Part shown: piece after piece, positions 12,901 to 25,111 of the stretch
Numbering within the stretch: the stretch's first letter is position 1
Layout: each line of letters starts with the position of its first letter
From: Tubiluchus corallicola
Taxonomy: Eukaryota; Animalia; Priapulida
DNA: 35,075 nucleotides
Assembly: GCA_030141605.1 (NCBI GenBank)
Contig: JAQGDQ010001549.1
Location: 1-35,075, forward strand
Direction of reading: 5' to 3'
Notes under the pieces: model-generated
The model's database searches: none
The model's input: the letters and a program-made list of their open reading frames with translations, nothing else
What the model was told of the DNA's origin: nothing
Translations under genes and position numbers: made by a program

Positions 12901-14059
12901 CCCTTACACTTCAAGATTATAGATGCTAAAGTTTGCAAACATTTACTAATTTTTCATTATCTAATCTGATCCACATATTCGATCCAAATTTAGCAAACCT
13001 ATCCGGTTATAATCTGAATCGGGAAGCCAACTTTAGGAAATATTCGATGATATCCAGTATTCCTTATCCAACAAAAAAATGTATTCGGAGCAACACTACT
13101 TTTTACCTCTATGTGTTCGGGCTTTGAGTACTGATATTATGATAAGCAACTTTGCATTTAAAGTAAACGCCTAGTCATTGTTTATAAATACCAAAACCAA
13201 CAACTTAAGCAGAAAAGAAATAATTGTATTGAATATCCCGGTTTTCATGCAAGCAACTATGTGAATTAATTAATAAAATACACTCAATCTCATCAACTTC
13301 TGCGATACTGTACCTGCACTAGCCAAACTTCGGTTACTTGTAGTAAGTGATGTCATAGCAGGATAAGGATGATTGTCTGAAAAGTATTGTGGAATGTCTG
13401 TGCCTGTGTTTTGTTTATTGCGGTGATACATCTGATCGGGCTGACGACTTGTCGCATGTTAAACATTTTGGAACTTGTTTTCGTGTTGTGGAACTTTTTT
13501 GTACATTAACCACGTGCAAAATGCCTAAAATTTGTGTAGCAGGGAAATGTGTTAAAGCAACAAGTGATGGTGGTAGTCTTTTCTAGTTTCCTGCCATGAC
13601 GTCATCAGGGAATGGCTGCATAATCGCTGAGTTGGGCATATAAAGCAATAGGCATAAGTAAAATCGACCAATTTCTTAGTTAATTAATTAATTATTTTAC
13701 ATAAGCGAGTAGAATATCACATTGACACGATTCTTTAAACTTTGCTGGTGAGGCTGGACTTTTGGGGCTGAAAGCGCTAAGAGATGACAACATGTAAGTC
13801 TTCTTATTTTTGTGAAATATTATTATTTAAGTCAGGATGTTCGGTAATTTTTCAGATACATGTTATGCAATTAATTGTATAATCTTACGTTACACTTGCA
13901 AAATTTACTTATAATTATATCGTTTGTTTTCAGGTAACACGTAATAAAGCTACTGAAATCTAACTGAGGAATTTTGGACATATTTTGGCATTAAAAGTAG
14001 CACACTTGGTACTTGATCTCTTATACCACAAAATTTGAATTCTATTTTTGGCCATCTAA

Positions 14060-14290
14060 GAGCCTGTGTGGCAGGATTTAAAATGTGAGACCATTAGATA
14101 AGTTACAATCTAGGATCGAGTCTCTGGTCAGGTACTTAGCATAATTATGTAGGTGGAACAGAAGCTGGTCCAACAGAAAGTAGCAAACCAACCAATACCT
14201 TTTGGATGCACAATGTAAATCCCCGCTGAATGCCCGGATTTAAACCAAAGTTTTTCTGGAGATGGAAAAGATCTCAAGTCAGCACAGTTA
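14060..14290 (+). mobile_element. Possible degraded tRNA-derived SINE
   Basis: A-box-like tggcaggattt and B-box-like ggatcgagtc about 45 bp apart, followed by a GC-richer body; single copy in window. Confidence 0.3.
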
Positions 14291-14694
14291 ATTGTGACAA
14301 AATGATGAATGACAGAATCGATTGATTAACAGTACCCATAGTCAACTTTTCAAACATTTTGTTAACTTACTACTATGGAGACTTTGATCTTTTAATTGTT
14401 GTCTATATTGTGGTCAGCCTTTTCTTCTGATTAATCACCTCATAACATTTTACTATTTTGTTCTTCCCTTCCTGTAGAACAATACTTTATTGGAATATAA
14501 ATATAATAAATTGTGCAAAAAACTGGAGTAGCAGAAATATAACAAAACTGTAATAAAATTAATAAAATATAATAAAATTTGCAGCCAATTATTCCTTTTG
14601 TTAAGTATTAATCACAAGTTAGTCACATTAATTCAATATTCTTAAACACAATGCAACAGTGTACAGTGCAATTAAACTCTTTTGAGTATAAATG

Positions 14695-15320
14695 CAATTT
14701 GGAGGTGATAATAACATCAACTTAAAAATTTGCAACTCGGTGTAACAGTATCGCCAAGAAAGCCATTGGACCATTGAGAGTAATCAATGTCAGAGTCCAA
14801 ACCAAAGCTCGTGATTTCAGACTTCGGCTATCCTCCTTATTTATAAGGCCTATACTACAGAGTATGCAAGTCCAGTTTGGAATCCCTATTACTTGAAAGA
14901 CATTGATGTGCTGGAATCTGTTCAAAGACGATTCACACATGGAGTTGCAGGTATGGAAAATCTCAATTATCCACAGCAACTACAAGAACTCCATATAACA
15001 TCACTCGAGGAAAGTCGTCTACATGCTGATATAGTTATGGTCTACAACATCATTCATGGAAATGTCATTCTCAGTTTTGAGAACTTTTTCAGTTGGGTGA
15101 CAGTAAGTCATGCACGTGGAGTAACTTTCAAACTTTTCAACGAACGTGCCAGTCTCAAGACTCGCCAAGGTAGTTTTTCAAATTTCAGTGAGAATAGAAT
15201 CAGTTTGGAACTATCACTGCCAATATAATTTATCCTAATATTACCCGAGCCAACTCTACCAATTTTTCCGCCACCGTCTTAAAAATGCAAAATTTAAACG
15301 CTTTTTGAAGGGCTGAAGTC
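14695..15320 (+). mobile_element. 5'-truncated, frameshifted CR1-type LINE (C-terminal ORF2/RT region)
   Basis: ...FIRPIL / EYASPVWNPYYLKDIDVLESVQRRFT...NYPQQLQELHITSLEESRLHADIVMVYNIIHG...HARGVTFKL; frameshifts near 14857 and 15190. Confidence 0.9.
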
Positions 15321-16796
15321 TGCTGCAGTAATACTGCTTTCTTCTTCCCTGGGGATCGGAGTAGTTGCTGCCAATGTGCACGATGTGAACAACGATCCCT
15401 GAAGACAACATAAGTAAACACAAGTATCTAAAATAATGACTTACCACTTGGTACCAATTACATGATAGCAAGCTGAATTGGCAAAATGAGAATAGAGCCT
15501 AAGTTTTTTCGTTGGTATTCTCCACCCCTTCTAGTTCTACATAATTTTAATTATAGACTATGAGGTGAGTTACTTCGAAACAGTAATTCTGAATGATGTA
15601 CTTATATATGCGCATATATATATAGCATGCACGTGCACAAACCAAAAGTTTAGGGCCTAAAGTACGAGGCTTGCATTGTATATTGCTCATGTGATGTGCA
15701 ATCCAAGTCTTCACAAGTTTTGTTGCCACACATGGCTCAGCAATATGGGAAACTGCCACAAAAATAATGATGAGCCTAAGATACGAAAGTTATATCTCTG
15801 CCTTGGCGTCACTGATTCACTGGCTTATTAAGCCTCATTTGCTATTATTTTCTTTCTATTCTGTTAGCGTTTTATCGTTATTTTCCCTCTTTTTGTTGGT
15901 TTAAATTTTTTACCAATAATTGTTTATTGTTTAAGTCGCAATCAATAAAGTGATACAATAATAATGATCTCACTGTCTGAGTGTGCGTCAACAATGTATT
16001 TGTGCAGTGCATTGAATTCGTTCATATAAAGACAATTACTATGATGCAGTTTTGTAGAAATCACAAAACTTTATTCAGAGAAAAAAGTATATAGATAGCA
16101 AACGATCTGTAGGCAGTCCTCTCCCAAAATGTTTAAAGCATTCTGAGCCTGTCGACTAGTGATGGTTGATTGTGAAAGACCAGATGACCACAAAGAACTC
16201 TAAAAGGCCGGAAAAAGGCTGTTTCTTCCAGAATAGTGTTTCCGCAAATAATTATTTTGAAACTGTTCAGTGTTCACACAGTCAACAGTTTCAAACCTTT
16301 GCTCGCGAGTAGAATTCGAAGAGGGACCAAATCAGCAGCTAGACAAATACATAAATCCCGAGTTCTTTCAAGTTATCATTTAATCACACTGTCGTGAGCA
16401 TGCAACCGATGCGTATTCCAAATAGGTCAATCAACTTGCTTTAATAGAAAAAATTACATGCGTTGATGTGCATTTCCTGATATAACACAACACTTGATCA
16501 CGTGACACAATCAACAAAGACAAACTCTAATTATAAAGATTATTAGTATAAACTATAAAGTATAAAGACAAAGAAAGACGAAAACAAGATTTGTTTACCG
16601 TCGCTTGTTTAAGCTAATAATAGACTATATTAACACTAACAGCTATTTAGCAACTTACAACAATACAGGTAAGGACGCAACACCACACTAACAATGTAAA
16701 ACAAGTAAGGGTATAAGCCCTGGCATTGACAGCCGCTAGTATCGAACGAGATCAAGACTGCGTGGTTGCAGTCATCTAAACCTCAGACACATTTAG

Positions 16797-17002
16797 CATT
16801 TTTGGCAATATATTCATTGATGAATAACTGTGACAGATTTTCTAATGTGTCTGTAATGTTAACTTTCTATTTTACTAAGAGAAACAGTATATCTCTTGTA
16901 CAAATAACATGTAAACATTTGTGTTTTGGCAATATATTCATTGACGAATATTTTCTAATGTATTTGTCACGTTAACTTCCTGTTTTAATAAGAAAAAAAG
17001 TA
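16797..17002. repeat. Diverged local direct duplication (~125 bp spacing) just 3' of the B4GAT1-like stop
   Basis: ttttggcaatatattcattga..gaata...ttttctaatgt...gttaactt occurs at ~16800 and ~16924. Confidence 0.8.
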
Positions 17003-17030
17003 AAAAAAATCTGCAAATTCTACCAACTGT

Positions 17031-17228
17031 TCAATGTAAACAACGCCTGGGACTATTCTTGTATTTCATTTCCAACTCGCACTTAAGGTGATCGTAAATG
17101 AGACGATTTCTGGCGATTTCTTCGTTTCTGGTCTGATGAAACGACGCATGTGTCTTCAGTCCTAGATGTATGAGGAAGGCGTTGCTGAGCACAGCGAATC
17201 TATAACCTGCTATGTGAAGCTCACACAC
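17031..17228 (-). CDS. B4GAT1: B4GAT1-like GT49 glycosyltransferase, terminal coding exon (65 aa + stop)
   Basis: ttgcag|VCELHIAGYRFAVLSNAFLIHLG...KYKNSPRRCLH*; resembles the B4GAT1 C-terminus ([22 protein letters not shown]...SPRRC); phase 0 joins DRSSQ. Confidence 0.92.
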   Translation of the reverse strand: MCELHIAGYRFAVLSNAFLIHLGLKTHASFHQTRNEEIARNRLIYDHLKCELEMKYKNSPRRCLH

Positions 17229-18777
17229 CTGCAACAGGGTATCAGTTATGAAGTTTACACAAATACCACGCAGGTTGAATCGGTATGCAAGCCCTATTAT
17301 TCGCTACTGTGCAAAAATTTGCAACTAATAACTAATATGCGACTTCGGAACAGGCTTGCCCCATTGTGCCAGGTGTCAAACATATTAGCTTCACCGGAAT
17401 ATTCAGTAGGGTAGATTCACGCTAATAATTTTGCTCTGCGCTATTTAAAATGCTGCAAAAGTGCCAAAACACATTAAATCATCAATTATGTCAAGCAAGC
17501 CAGCAGTGGGAAAGCGCACAAGTAAGATTTTTTGGGCATTTTACAAGATGTGGACGCAATAAATGTTTTTACATAAAAGGCAACGAAACCAAAGACTGTT
17601 TGTTGTTGTTACAAATGACCGAGTTCTCCAATGCCCATTGTAGTGCTGAGTACGAGCAGACTTAATTACTAATGCGAAAATATTCTGTGTTATTGCCTAC
17701 AGCGCCACTCTCACTCCGGTATATAATGCAACAGCTCTGCAGTATTGTCAGCCACCGTAACACCATCTTTGTTATTAGTTAATTAGTTAGTGGCCTGATT
17801 CAACCTGCAGGCTTTCATGTAAAGTCAGAAATTCTTTGACGTTTATTTTCATGATTATATATTGGACTAAAAGTGAATTAGTGCACTGAAGTAGACAAAA
17901 TTCTGCTCAGCAATGAGCGTTTTGTTGCACCATGTGAGTGCAGTTTAGTGCAATAGTATCACTCTGGCGCTACCTGGTGTGATAAACCTGAAATTAATTT
18001 ATTCAGTGTAGTGATGTGATCCAACAACAAAGAGAAGCAAACAATAGAAAAATAATTAACAGATTAATAGGTGAAAATTACAGCAGCTAAGTTAAAATAT
18101 GACGTATTTCTAACGGATTTCTGATCTATAGCAAAAATGGCAGATTATTGCGTTAATTTACAAGATAAACATAATTTAGTCTAAATTAATTAACAGAACT
18201 TACAATTTGATGATTGAATGGCATCCTGGATAGCAAAACAGTATTTAAAAAGTTCATAAGAACTACGGCAGTAAGAAAAAGCTATAATCCCTGTATACGT
18301 GTAAGTATGAACAGGTAAAACAGGACAAGTCATGTGACTATACCCAAAGTTGGCTTCTAATATCTAATTGGCTGTAATGTATAACAAAGTTGAAAAGGGT
18401 TGAACTAAAAAGATTAACTAGGTGCCGATAGCGCCCACAAATAATCTCTAATGGACTTCAGAAACCTGTCAGAATCGAGTATAATTCGACATCTGATTCT
18501 GGCTAAAACACTTTAGCTGATTCAGTGTCTCACATTTGAGAAATTAACTTTCAAGACAAAACAATACAAGTGGATTCCTTTGCCGCGACAGCCACCCGTC
18601 TTGAGTAGACCAAACCACTGAACACTTAATTCCATGTTAGGTTGCATTGAACTGAATAGTCTTAGTCCAACGACTAAAACAAAAACAATATTTATTTACT
18701 ATGACCTTATGTATGTAATTATCTTTGTTTTTCGGGCCAAGAAAGTTTTTGTCTTCGTCCTTGTGTTAAATTGCCCG

Positions 18778-19233
18778 TGTGGAAATGCAGCAGCCCCTAT
18801 TACCACTGAATTTTAGCAATAATATTCAATATAAGAAAGCTTTTCCTTTAGTTCTTTCTTTATAACTGTACAGGACAAGAGCACGTGGGGGTAGTCTGTT
18901 TGCTTCACAGCTCAGCACAGTGTGGTCCAGCTACGCCGTGTTTGGAAGATATGCGCATGCGGCCAGGTAGGGAAAGTACTGTCGCTCACACAGTGTGTTT
19001 TCAGTTGTCACGTGCTTACCGTGAATAGATCAAGCTTGAACTATCACACTTTAGGCTATTGGTAAGCAAAAAATGTTTTTGTTTAGGATTTTATCAAGTT
19101 TAAGTATAAACTTTCATATGTTTGTTTGTTTAAAATTACAATTGCATATATGTTTGTTTCGTTTTACACAGTAACAATGGCTAAAAATTTTCTGAAGCAG
19201 TACCCCCACTAATTTTAGTTACGAGCTGCCATT
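18778..19233 (-). mobile_element. Interspersed repeat family B, copy 2 (in B4GAT1-like intron)
   Basis: Reverse-complement match to 4586-5085. Confidence 0.85.
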
Positions 19234-19260
19234 GGTAATTGCGTCTGTCTTTATCTGTAA

Positions 19261-19411
19261 ACTAAGTCCAATTTTGCCTTTGTCTTTGGGCTAAGTCCGT
19301 CTCTACTTTTGTATTTATCTTCGGATTTAGTCTAATTTTGCCTTTGTCTATGGGTTAAGTCCGTTCCTACTTTTGTATTTATCTTTGGGCTAAGTCCAAT
19401 TTTGTATTTAG
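19261..19411. repeat. Tandem repeat of alternating ~29 and ~35-bp subunits (~64-bp period)
   Basis: ctaagtccaattttgcctttgtctttggg alternates with ctaagtccgtctctacttttgtatttatcttcgga, about 2.3 periods. Confidence 0.8.
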
Positions 19412-19508
19412 CCTGTTCCGCAGAATGTGCTCAGAACTCAGTTACATGGTGTGCCCATGTGAAACCATTAAAGAAGACAGAAAATTGAAAGAAACGACAT
19501 ATTTTTAC

Positions 19509-20612
19509 CTGTGAGCTCCTGTCGCGGCCATACCCACGAAACCTTTCGTCGTATTTTGGGAAACCCTTTCTGATTATATAGTATGGCTCCCACCTGTGAC
19601 GTCTCGCCACATCGTAAAGCACTCGCATCTTTGTACTGGAATCATTTAGCCATCGTTTGTAGTTTGTTAAGTTCTGACAATGAGAACAGGTTTCGATATG
19701 AAATGGCCTGATGGTTACGTTTTTTGCCAACATCTGAATCAGTTCCTGTTTATTGTCAGGTAATTGTGCATCTTTATCCATTTCAAAAACTGGAACGACG
19801 TAAGCAACATTGTCGTTAGTGACATTATTCTTTTGTTGAAGTCGGGATAAATTGTTTTCTCGGAGAAAACCCAAAAAGTCTTCATGCAGGTCAACATTGA
19901 CAACCATGTCAACATCTGTAACAAAGACGAATTCGGTAGAAGCGCCATCTATGGCAACGTTGCGCAACAAGTTGATGGGATAAAGAAATTTCTTATTGTG
20001 GCAATAAGGGCTTAGCTGCTTTAGAGAACAATAGTCCATCCAGTTTGTAGGTTTTTGAAACGGCTGAACTGTGCACTCACCGCCACTCATGGCGGTAATC
20101 CCATCAACTTCATGAAGACAATAAAGTGTTGTTAAATTGAGTTGTGTCAAATCACGTGGTCGCACTAAATGAAACGACACAAGCTGGCGTACAGTAAAAT
20201 GACAGTTACGTAAGTGGCAAATACGTTGAACGACACGTGCAATGTCGTCATTGTTAGAAACAAACACGGCTATTGAAACAGGACCTCGACAACGCTGACT
20301 CAACAATATCAAATATGGGAGATTGTTCACGGTTGCCTGGGTGACGAGAGTTACATCAGTGACGTCACTGCCATGATGACGTCTTGCATCACTTGCTTCA
20401 ACGCTACGCATGAAGTTATAGACGACGTCATACTGAATTTCGCTGTCATACAGTAGTTTCGTTATTTTCGTTACCTCATTTCGGTAATACTTACACGTCC
20501 GCGCCTTCTCGAACCTTAAAACACCCATCTTGATGCCAACAAAGCCGATGTAAAGCAAGAAAACAGCCACAAATATATAAACTAAATGGAGTTTTAATAT
20601 TATTTTCTTCAT
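19509..20612 (-). CDS. B4GAT1: B4GAT1-like beta-1,4-glucuronyltransferase (GT49, LARGE/B4GAT1 family), first coding exon (368 codons); 433 aa total
   Basis: ATG at 20612 gives MKKIILK plus a type II TM anchor (LHLVYIFVAVFLLYIGFVGI); motifs DVTLVTQAT, GPVSIAVF, YPINLLRNVA, DxD (TDVD), AYVVPVFE, WEPYYI, YDERFRGYG..R.SQ; donor CAG|gtaaaa. Confidence 0.93.
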
Positions 20613-21808
20613 GTGGTTTGGTTTAGTTGTCCACTTGTTGATTTCACATAAAAATTGTGAGCAAGGGAATGAACAACACGAAGGGGTCAAGTTCTCGGTG
20701 AATTTTATGCAGACTTAACACACTATAAAATATCTGCATTATATGATACATTTTAAAAAGTCCATTAAGTTGCATGTATTATTCAGGTACCGTTATAGTA
20801 AAATTGTCTTAGGTTTGTCCCTAACTAGCTAAAGTGAATTTGACAGGAAGCACCTGTGCACTGCGTTTCCGCAATTATGAACAGTTAATTCTATAGAGGA
20901 TAAAGAGGAAGTTACAGTGTAATTTGGAAGAATCCAAAAATTTAAACCCTTATTGTATGAATTAATCACGTGGCCATCCTATCTATTGCATGATGTTAAT
21001 AATATTTTGCAACAATAATAATAGATAAAAATGTAACCGACACAAATACAAATGTACTTGCAGAGATATTACTTTTTGAATTTCGAACATCTTAATAATA
21101 TAAACTGCTTAATCTTGGTATGTTGTCATTGTTATATCATATAGTTTTCTGCGTTGTTGCACTTAAAAGTCGTAAAAGCTTTATATTTAAACAAACAATG
21201 GTTTATATTAACTACACGATATACATTCCATCAAATTATAGTACCGTTATTTGTAAACACATAAAGCAGAAAAAATACGCCACAAACGAAATTACTGTTT
21301 GGGCTTTCAAAACCAAATTTGAAGCTACATTATATTTTGCTCATTCTTCCTTCTTTATTTACCAAAACGTATCATTCCATCTAAACAAATGACAAAAAAT
21401 AAATAACACTAGCCAAAAGTCAATTTTACATAATTCAGAGTTTCATACTACATCGTCGCATTAATCATAACTAGCTATTATCTAATAGTAAATTTAAATT
21501 TTATAAAGTAATTATAGTATATACGTACGTTTTTTAGCCCCAAATCATAAGCAATTGTAACAGATAACGACAACATTTAATCAACCCACAATGACACGTC
21601 CTCACTTCACGCGCCTCTGACACCGATCAAACTGATCACGTGTCCAGGCCAAAAAATCGCCACAAGGTGGCCAAAGCCAACAACAAGTGAAGGCCGCAAA
21701 GCCCGCCAATGCCAGATTTCCAGTACAATTACCATTACATCACACAGAAGCCCTGGGCTACTAAACCCGTTTCTTACATTAGATTCATTAAAATGTCGTG
21801 TATAACAC

Positions 21809-22209
21809 TGTGACGGATCGCAGGATTAAACCGCCTCGGAAACCACGGGCTTTACGAAAATGTAGTGTATTGAATGTTAAATTTCGTGGGCCAATCAGAG
21901 CTCAGTTTTCTAGGCCAATTTTCTCGAGCGTGTAACCTGTTCTCGTAGATTCGAGGGCAGTGCGTTCTGGTCATGTTCGGCTTCGGTTTCATTTTGTTTT
22001 CTCTTCTTGTTTGCTGTTATTAAGTCAGTAGTGATTCAGTAATTTTTGGTTTAACCCTTTATTTGCATTTCGACTCAACGCTTAAGTGTCAGCTATAAAC
22101 TGTTGCTAAGTGTTTCATTTTACTTTTTTCTTTCTTTTCCTTTTTATAACATTCTTTAGTTAATACACGTAGTAAATTATCAATCTTTGTTATCATAGAC
22201 GGCATCACA
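21809..22209 (+). mobile_element. Probable solo LTR (401 bp)
   Basis: TGTGA...TCACA inverted ends, internal CCAATCAG, AGTAAA near 3' end; start tgtgacggatcgcaggattaaac resembles the minus-strand start of 28616-28939. No TSD seen. Confidence 0.45.
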
Positions 22210-23510
22210 ATAAGATTTATACCTCATTTTAAATAACTAATGGGCTTGTGGAATGGATAAGTGATTGCTTGACCGAGGTTGTTGCCTGGGTTTCTTATTT
22301 CTGGGCAGGGATTAAGGTAGTTGCTAATTCGTGAAATTTATGCGCAAGACGGTGCCAACAAATTTCCTAAATTTATTCATTTTCATTAAAATTAGAAAAA
22401 TTAATTGAAAAAACTTTTATTAATTATTTTTTATTTATTAAAATTATGAAATTCTTTACAAGTTACCGTCATATATAACAATTCCGTTTTGAATTTGTCG
22501 TATTTAAACGAGTTTTGATAAGATGATGGAAGATGATGGAAACGCCTTTTAGCATCTGAGAGAAAAACATGAAAACGCAAATATTTTGAGCAACTCCTGA
22601 TTCCACCGTGGAGAGGACGGCCGCAAAACGGACTATTAGGTTCAAATACTTTATAAAAGCCTTCGAGAGTTTTGAGTAACTTTAAACTTTAGTCGTTCTG
22701 CTTTTGACTGTGCATAATCTGTGTCAGGCTACACACAGTCTGTTAATATAGCCTATAGTTATATACTGTTACTTTTTGTTCATTATAAATACAGTGTGGC
22801 GGTAAAAGATATTACAAGTCTACCTACCTGTTTGCAGAAAGTTTTTCTTGATTCAGTCTACTGGTCTGGAAAAAATCTGCTTCTTTATTTATTTATTGTT
22901 CATCAAAAATATCGCTGCTTGATATAATATATAGAATATTATTCGCATATAATATTCATATTTGCACGTATGCCCTATATCAAAGTAGAAGGATTGGTCT
23001 TTTTTAGATCTGTTTCACTCATTTTATGAATATATCTGTTCATGGATAAATGTTTTTTTCGTATATTTATACTAGTGATTATACTTTGTACTTAAACGAT
23101 TACTGCAAACGTTTGTCTAGGTAAAGTATGTAATTCTTAGATTTTAAATATACTTTTTCTAGGCATGTTATAGAATTCGAAAAGAAATCATATAGAAATG
23201 AAATAAACGTTCAATTATTCAGATATAATTTTCCTAGCATTTTATATAATGGTAATTTTATTTTAGCGAATACGTGAAATTGAACCAAATCAAGTTTGTA
23301 CGTGCTTGCAAATTTGGGTGATTCGTTTGTTGCTTTTTTCTCGAGTCCGAGAATTCTGGAGTTTGACAATCAATTGTACAATCTACGTGGACTTTGGCTT
23401 AACAATCAATTCTACAGTATGTGGACTTGGACCTAAATGCAAATAAAAATAACAGTTTTTTTTTCATTATCAAAGTTAAAAAACTTACACGTAGAATCAA
23501 TAAATATTAT

Positions 23511-23516
23511 TTTATT
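23511..23516 (-). terminator. Candidate AATAAA polyadenylation signal of the LDLa-TSP1 gene
   Basis: tttatt on + strand about 190 nt past the proposed stop; AT-rich context makes it weak evidence. Confidence 0.35.
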
Positions 23517-23703
23517 TCTGTTCCTATTTCTGTATTTAATTCTGTAATGAACTGTATGTTCTAAATAAATGACATAAATAAGCATACACAAATCACATAA
23601 ATCAGACATACATACAAAAACTAATGAAATCTGTGAACTATTATTTTGACTGTGCTATATGAATGTACAGTTGCTAGCGCAATGTAACGAATGTTGACTT
23701 TCT

Positions 23704-23779
23704 TCATATCTCCACACAGAGGTTAACTTGAAGGTCAAGAGCGTATCCTTTGCGGCAGTAAGCTCTGCAAGAGCCTCTT
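23704..23779 (-). CDS. LDLa3-TSP1 protein, proposed terminal exon 8
   Basis: ttcttacattacag| phase 2: (R)RGSCRAYCRKGYALDLQVNLCVEI*; GC-richer island, phase-compatible with exon 7. Confidence 0.6.
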
Positions 23780-24004
23780 CTGTAATGTAAGAATACATCT
23801 TTTTTGTTAATATTCATTTATTGCTTGTTTTAATAAATATTCAAAAGAAATTTCAAAGAAATTAAAGTTAATTATTCTCTTAACATGCTTGATTTGACTG
23901 ATGTAGCATCTGAAAAGTTTTACATTAAATTTAAGCGAAATGTCATCATTTCTGTGGTTAGCACAAGTTATTTTAATTTTCAACAACACAATGTTTCATG
24001 CTCC

Positions 24005-24217
24005 ACATCATTGCCATCGTCATCATCATACATCATCATCATCATCACCATAATCACCACCATCATCACAATCATCATCATCATCATCAACATAATCACC
24101 ACCATCATCATCATCATCATCATCATCATCATTAACAACAAAAACAACAACAACATCGTCATCATCATCATCATCATCATCATCATCACCAACATAATTA
24201 CCACCATCATCACCATT

Positions 24218-24257
<40 letters not shown>

Positions 24258-24275
24258 CAAGCATCACCATCATCG
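24005..24275. repeat. Degenerate (CAT/CAC/CAA)n microsatellite
   Basis: Direct reading; source of poly-Ile/poly-Met ORFs. Confidence 0.95.
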
Positions 24276-24279
24276 TATG

Positions 24280-24459
24280 CCCGTCAAAGCAGCACACAAT
24301 ATTCTCAGCATGTTGGTACAGTATAGAATATTTTTGTCCACTATTGGTACAACATTGGACCAATGTTGTCGTGTTGTGGCAAGTCCACATTGCCATGTTG
24401 TCCCAATATTTGCAAAACATTGTCACAACATTGATACAATATTGTCGTGCTACCTGGGC
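24280..24459. mobile_element. Short MITE-like element with CCC...GGG ends and internal ~11-bp subrepeats
   Basis: ccc...agcacacaatatt ... aatattgtcgtgctacctggg inverted ends; internal acaacattg / caatgttgt motifs in both orientations. Confidence 0.6.
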
Positions 24460-24984
24460 CATAAATTACTACGATTGTAGACATCGAAATTCCCAAATAA
24501 AAGAAAATCGCCCTCAAAACAGTGCTCCACCAACAGTTGCATAACTATACCACGACTTATTCAACTCAATTCAGTTTTGTTCAGTTCAATTCAATTATTC
24601 TTTATTTCGAAAAAAGGACACCACACCAAAGTAACAGAAATCATACACAGAAAATTCCACGCTATTTGTAAATAAACAAATACAACACTGAGAAATTAAT
24701 AATTACACATTTACAAGTGATTTTCAAAAAAAGTGACATACTGTTAGTCTCTCACCTAACTCTGCCATTATTTCTGTACGTGCATTTTCCAAGACGTCTA
24801 TATGTACAAGGAACATTACAGCTCGTCTTTTGAGTTTCTTTTTCTAAATGATCAGGTCTACAAAATAATAACAAATATTTTTATATATTTAATCATGTTG
24901 GTTCTATCTGCATTGTTAAATATTACGACAAGATAACACAGATTTATTAACAAAAAAATTAAAGCGCAAGAAAATATTTTTTAC

Positions 24985-25047
24985 CTTTTACCTTTCACTT
25001 TTGACATTACGTTTTCCCAATTACACAAGTCTTCAAAGCAGGTAAGC
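24985..25047 (-). CDS. LDLa3-TSP1 protein, proposed exon 7 (63 bp, phase 2-2)
   Basis: tttcttagtattag|...AG|gtaaaa; LTCFEDLCNWENVMSKVKGK(R) supplies the last 2 of the 6 TSP1 cysteines. Confidence 0.65.
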
Positions 25048-25111
25048 CTAATACTAAGAAACAGAACTATGTGTGTAAAGTTTTTTGGGGCATACTTTTT
25101 TGAACTTCCCT

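Noticed and set aside
13700-13960. Possible next ABCC exon (donor gtaagt ~13793, acceptor ~13933)
   Set aside because: No frame resembles MRP TM11 or NBD1 sequence.
20613-20690. N-terminal extension of the 419-aa ORF, and its tail 19431-19508
   Set aside because: Track start is TTG; ATG 20612 gives a normal type II anchor. The tail after DRSSQ is intron read-through.
23885-24544. Poly-Ile and poly-Met ORFs
   Set aside because: (CAT)n microsatellite plus a MITE.
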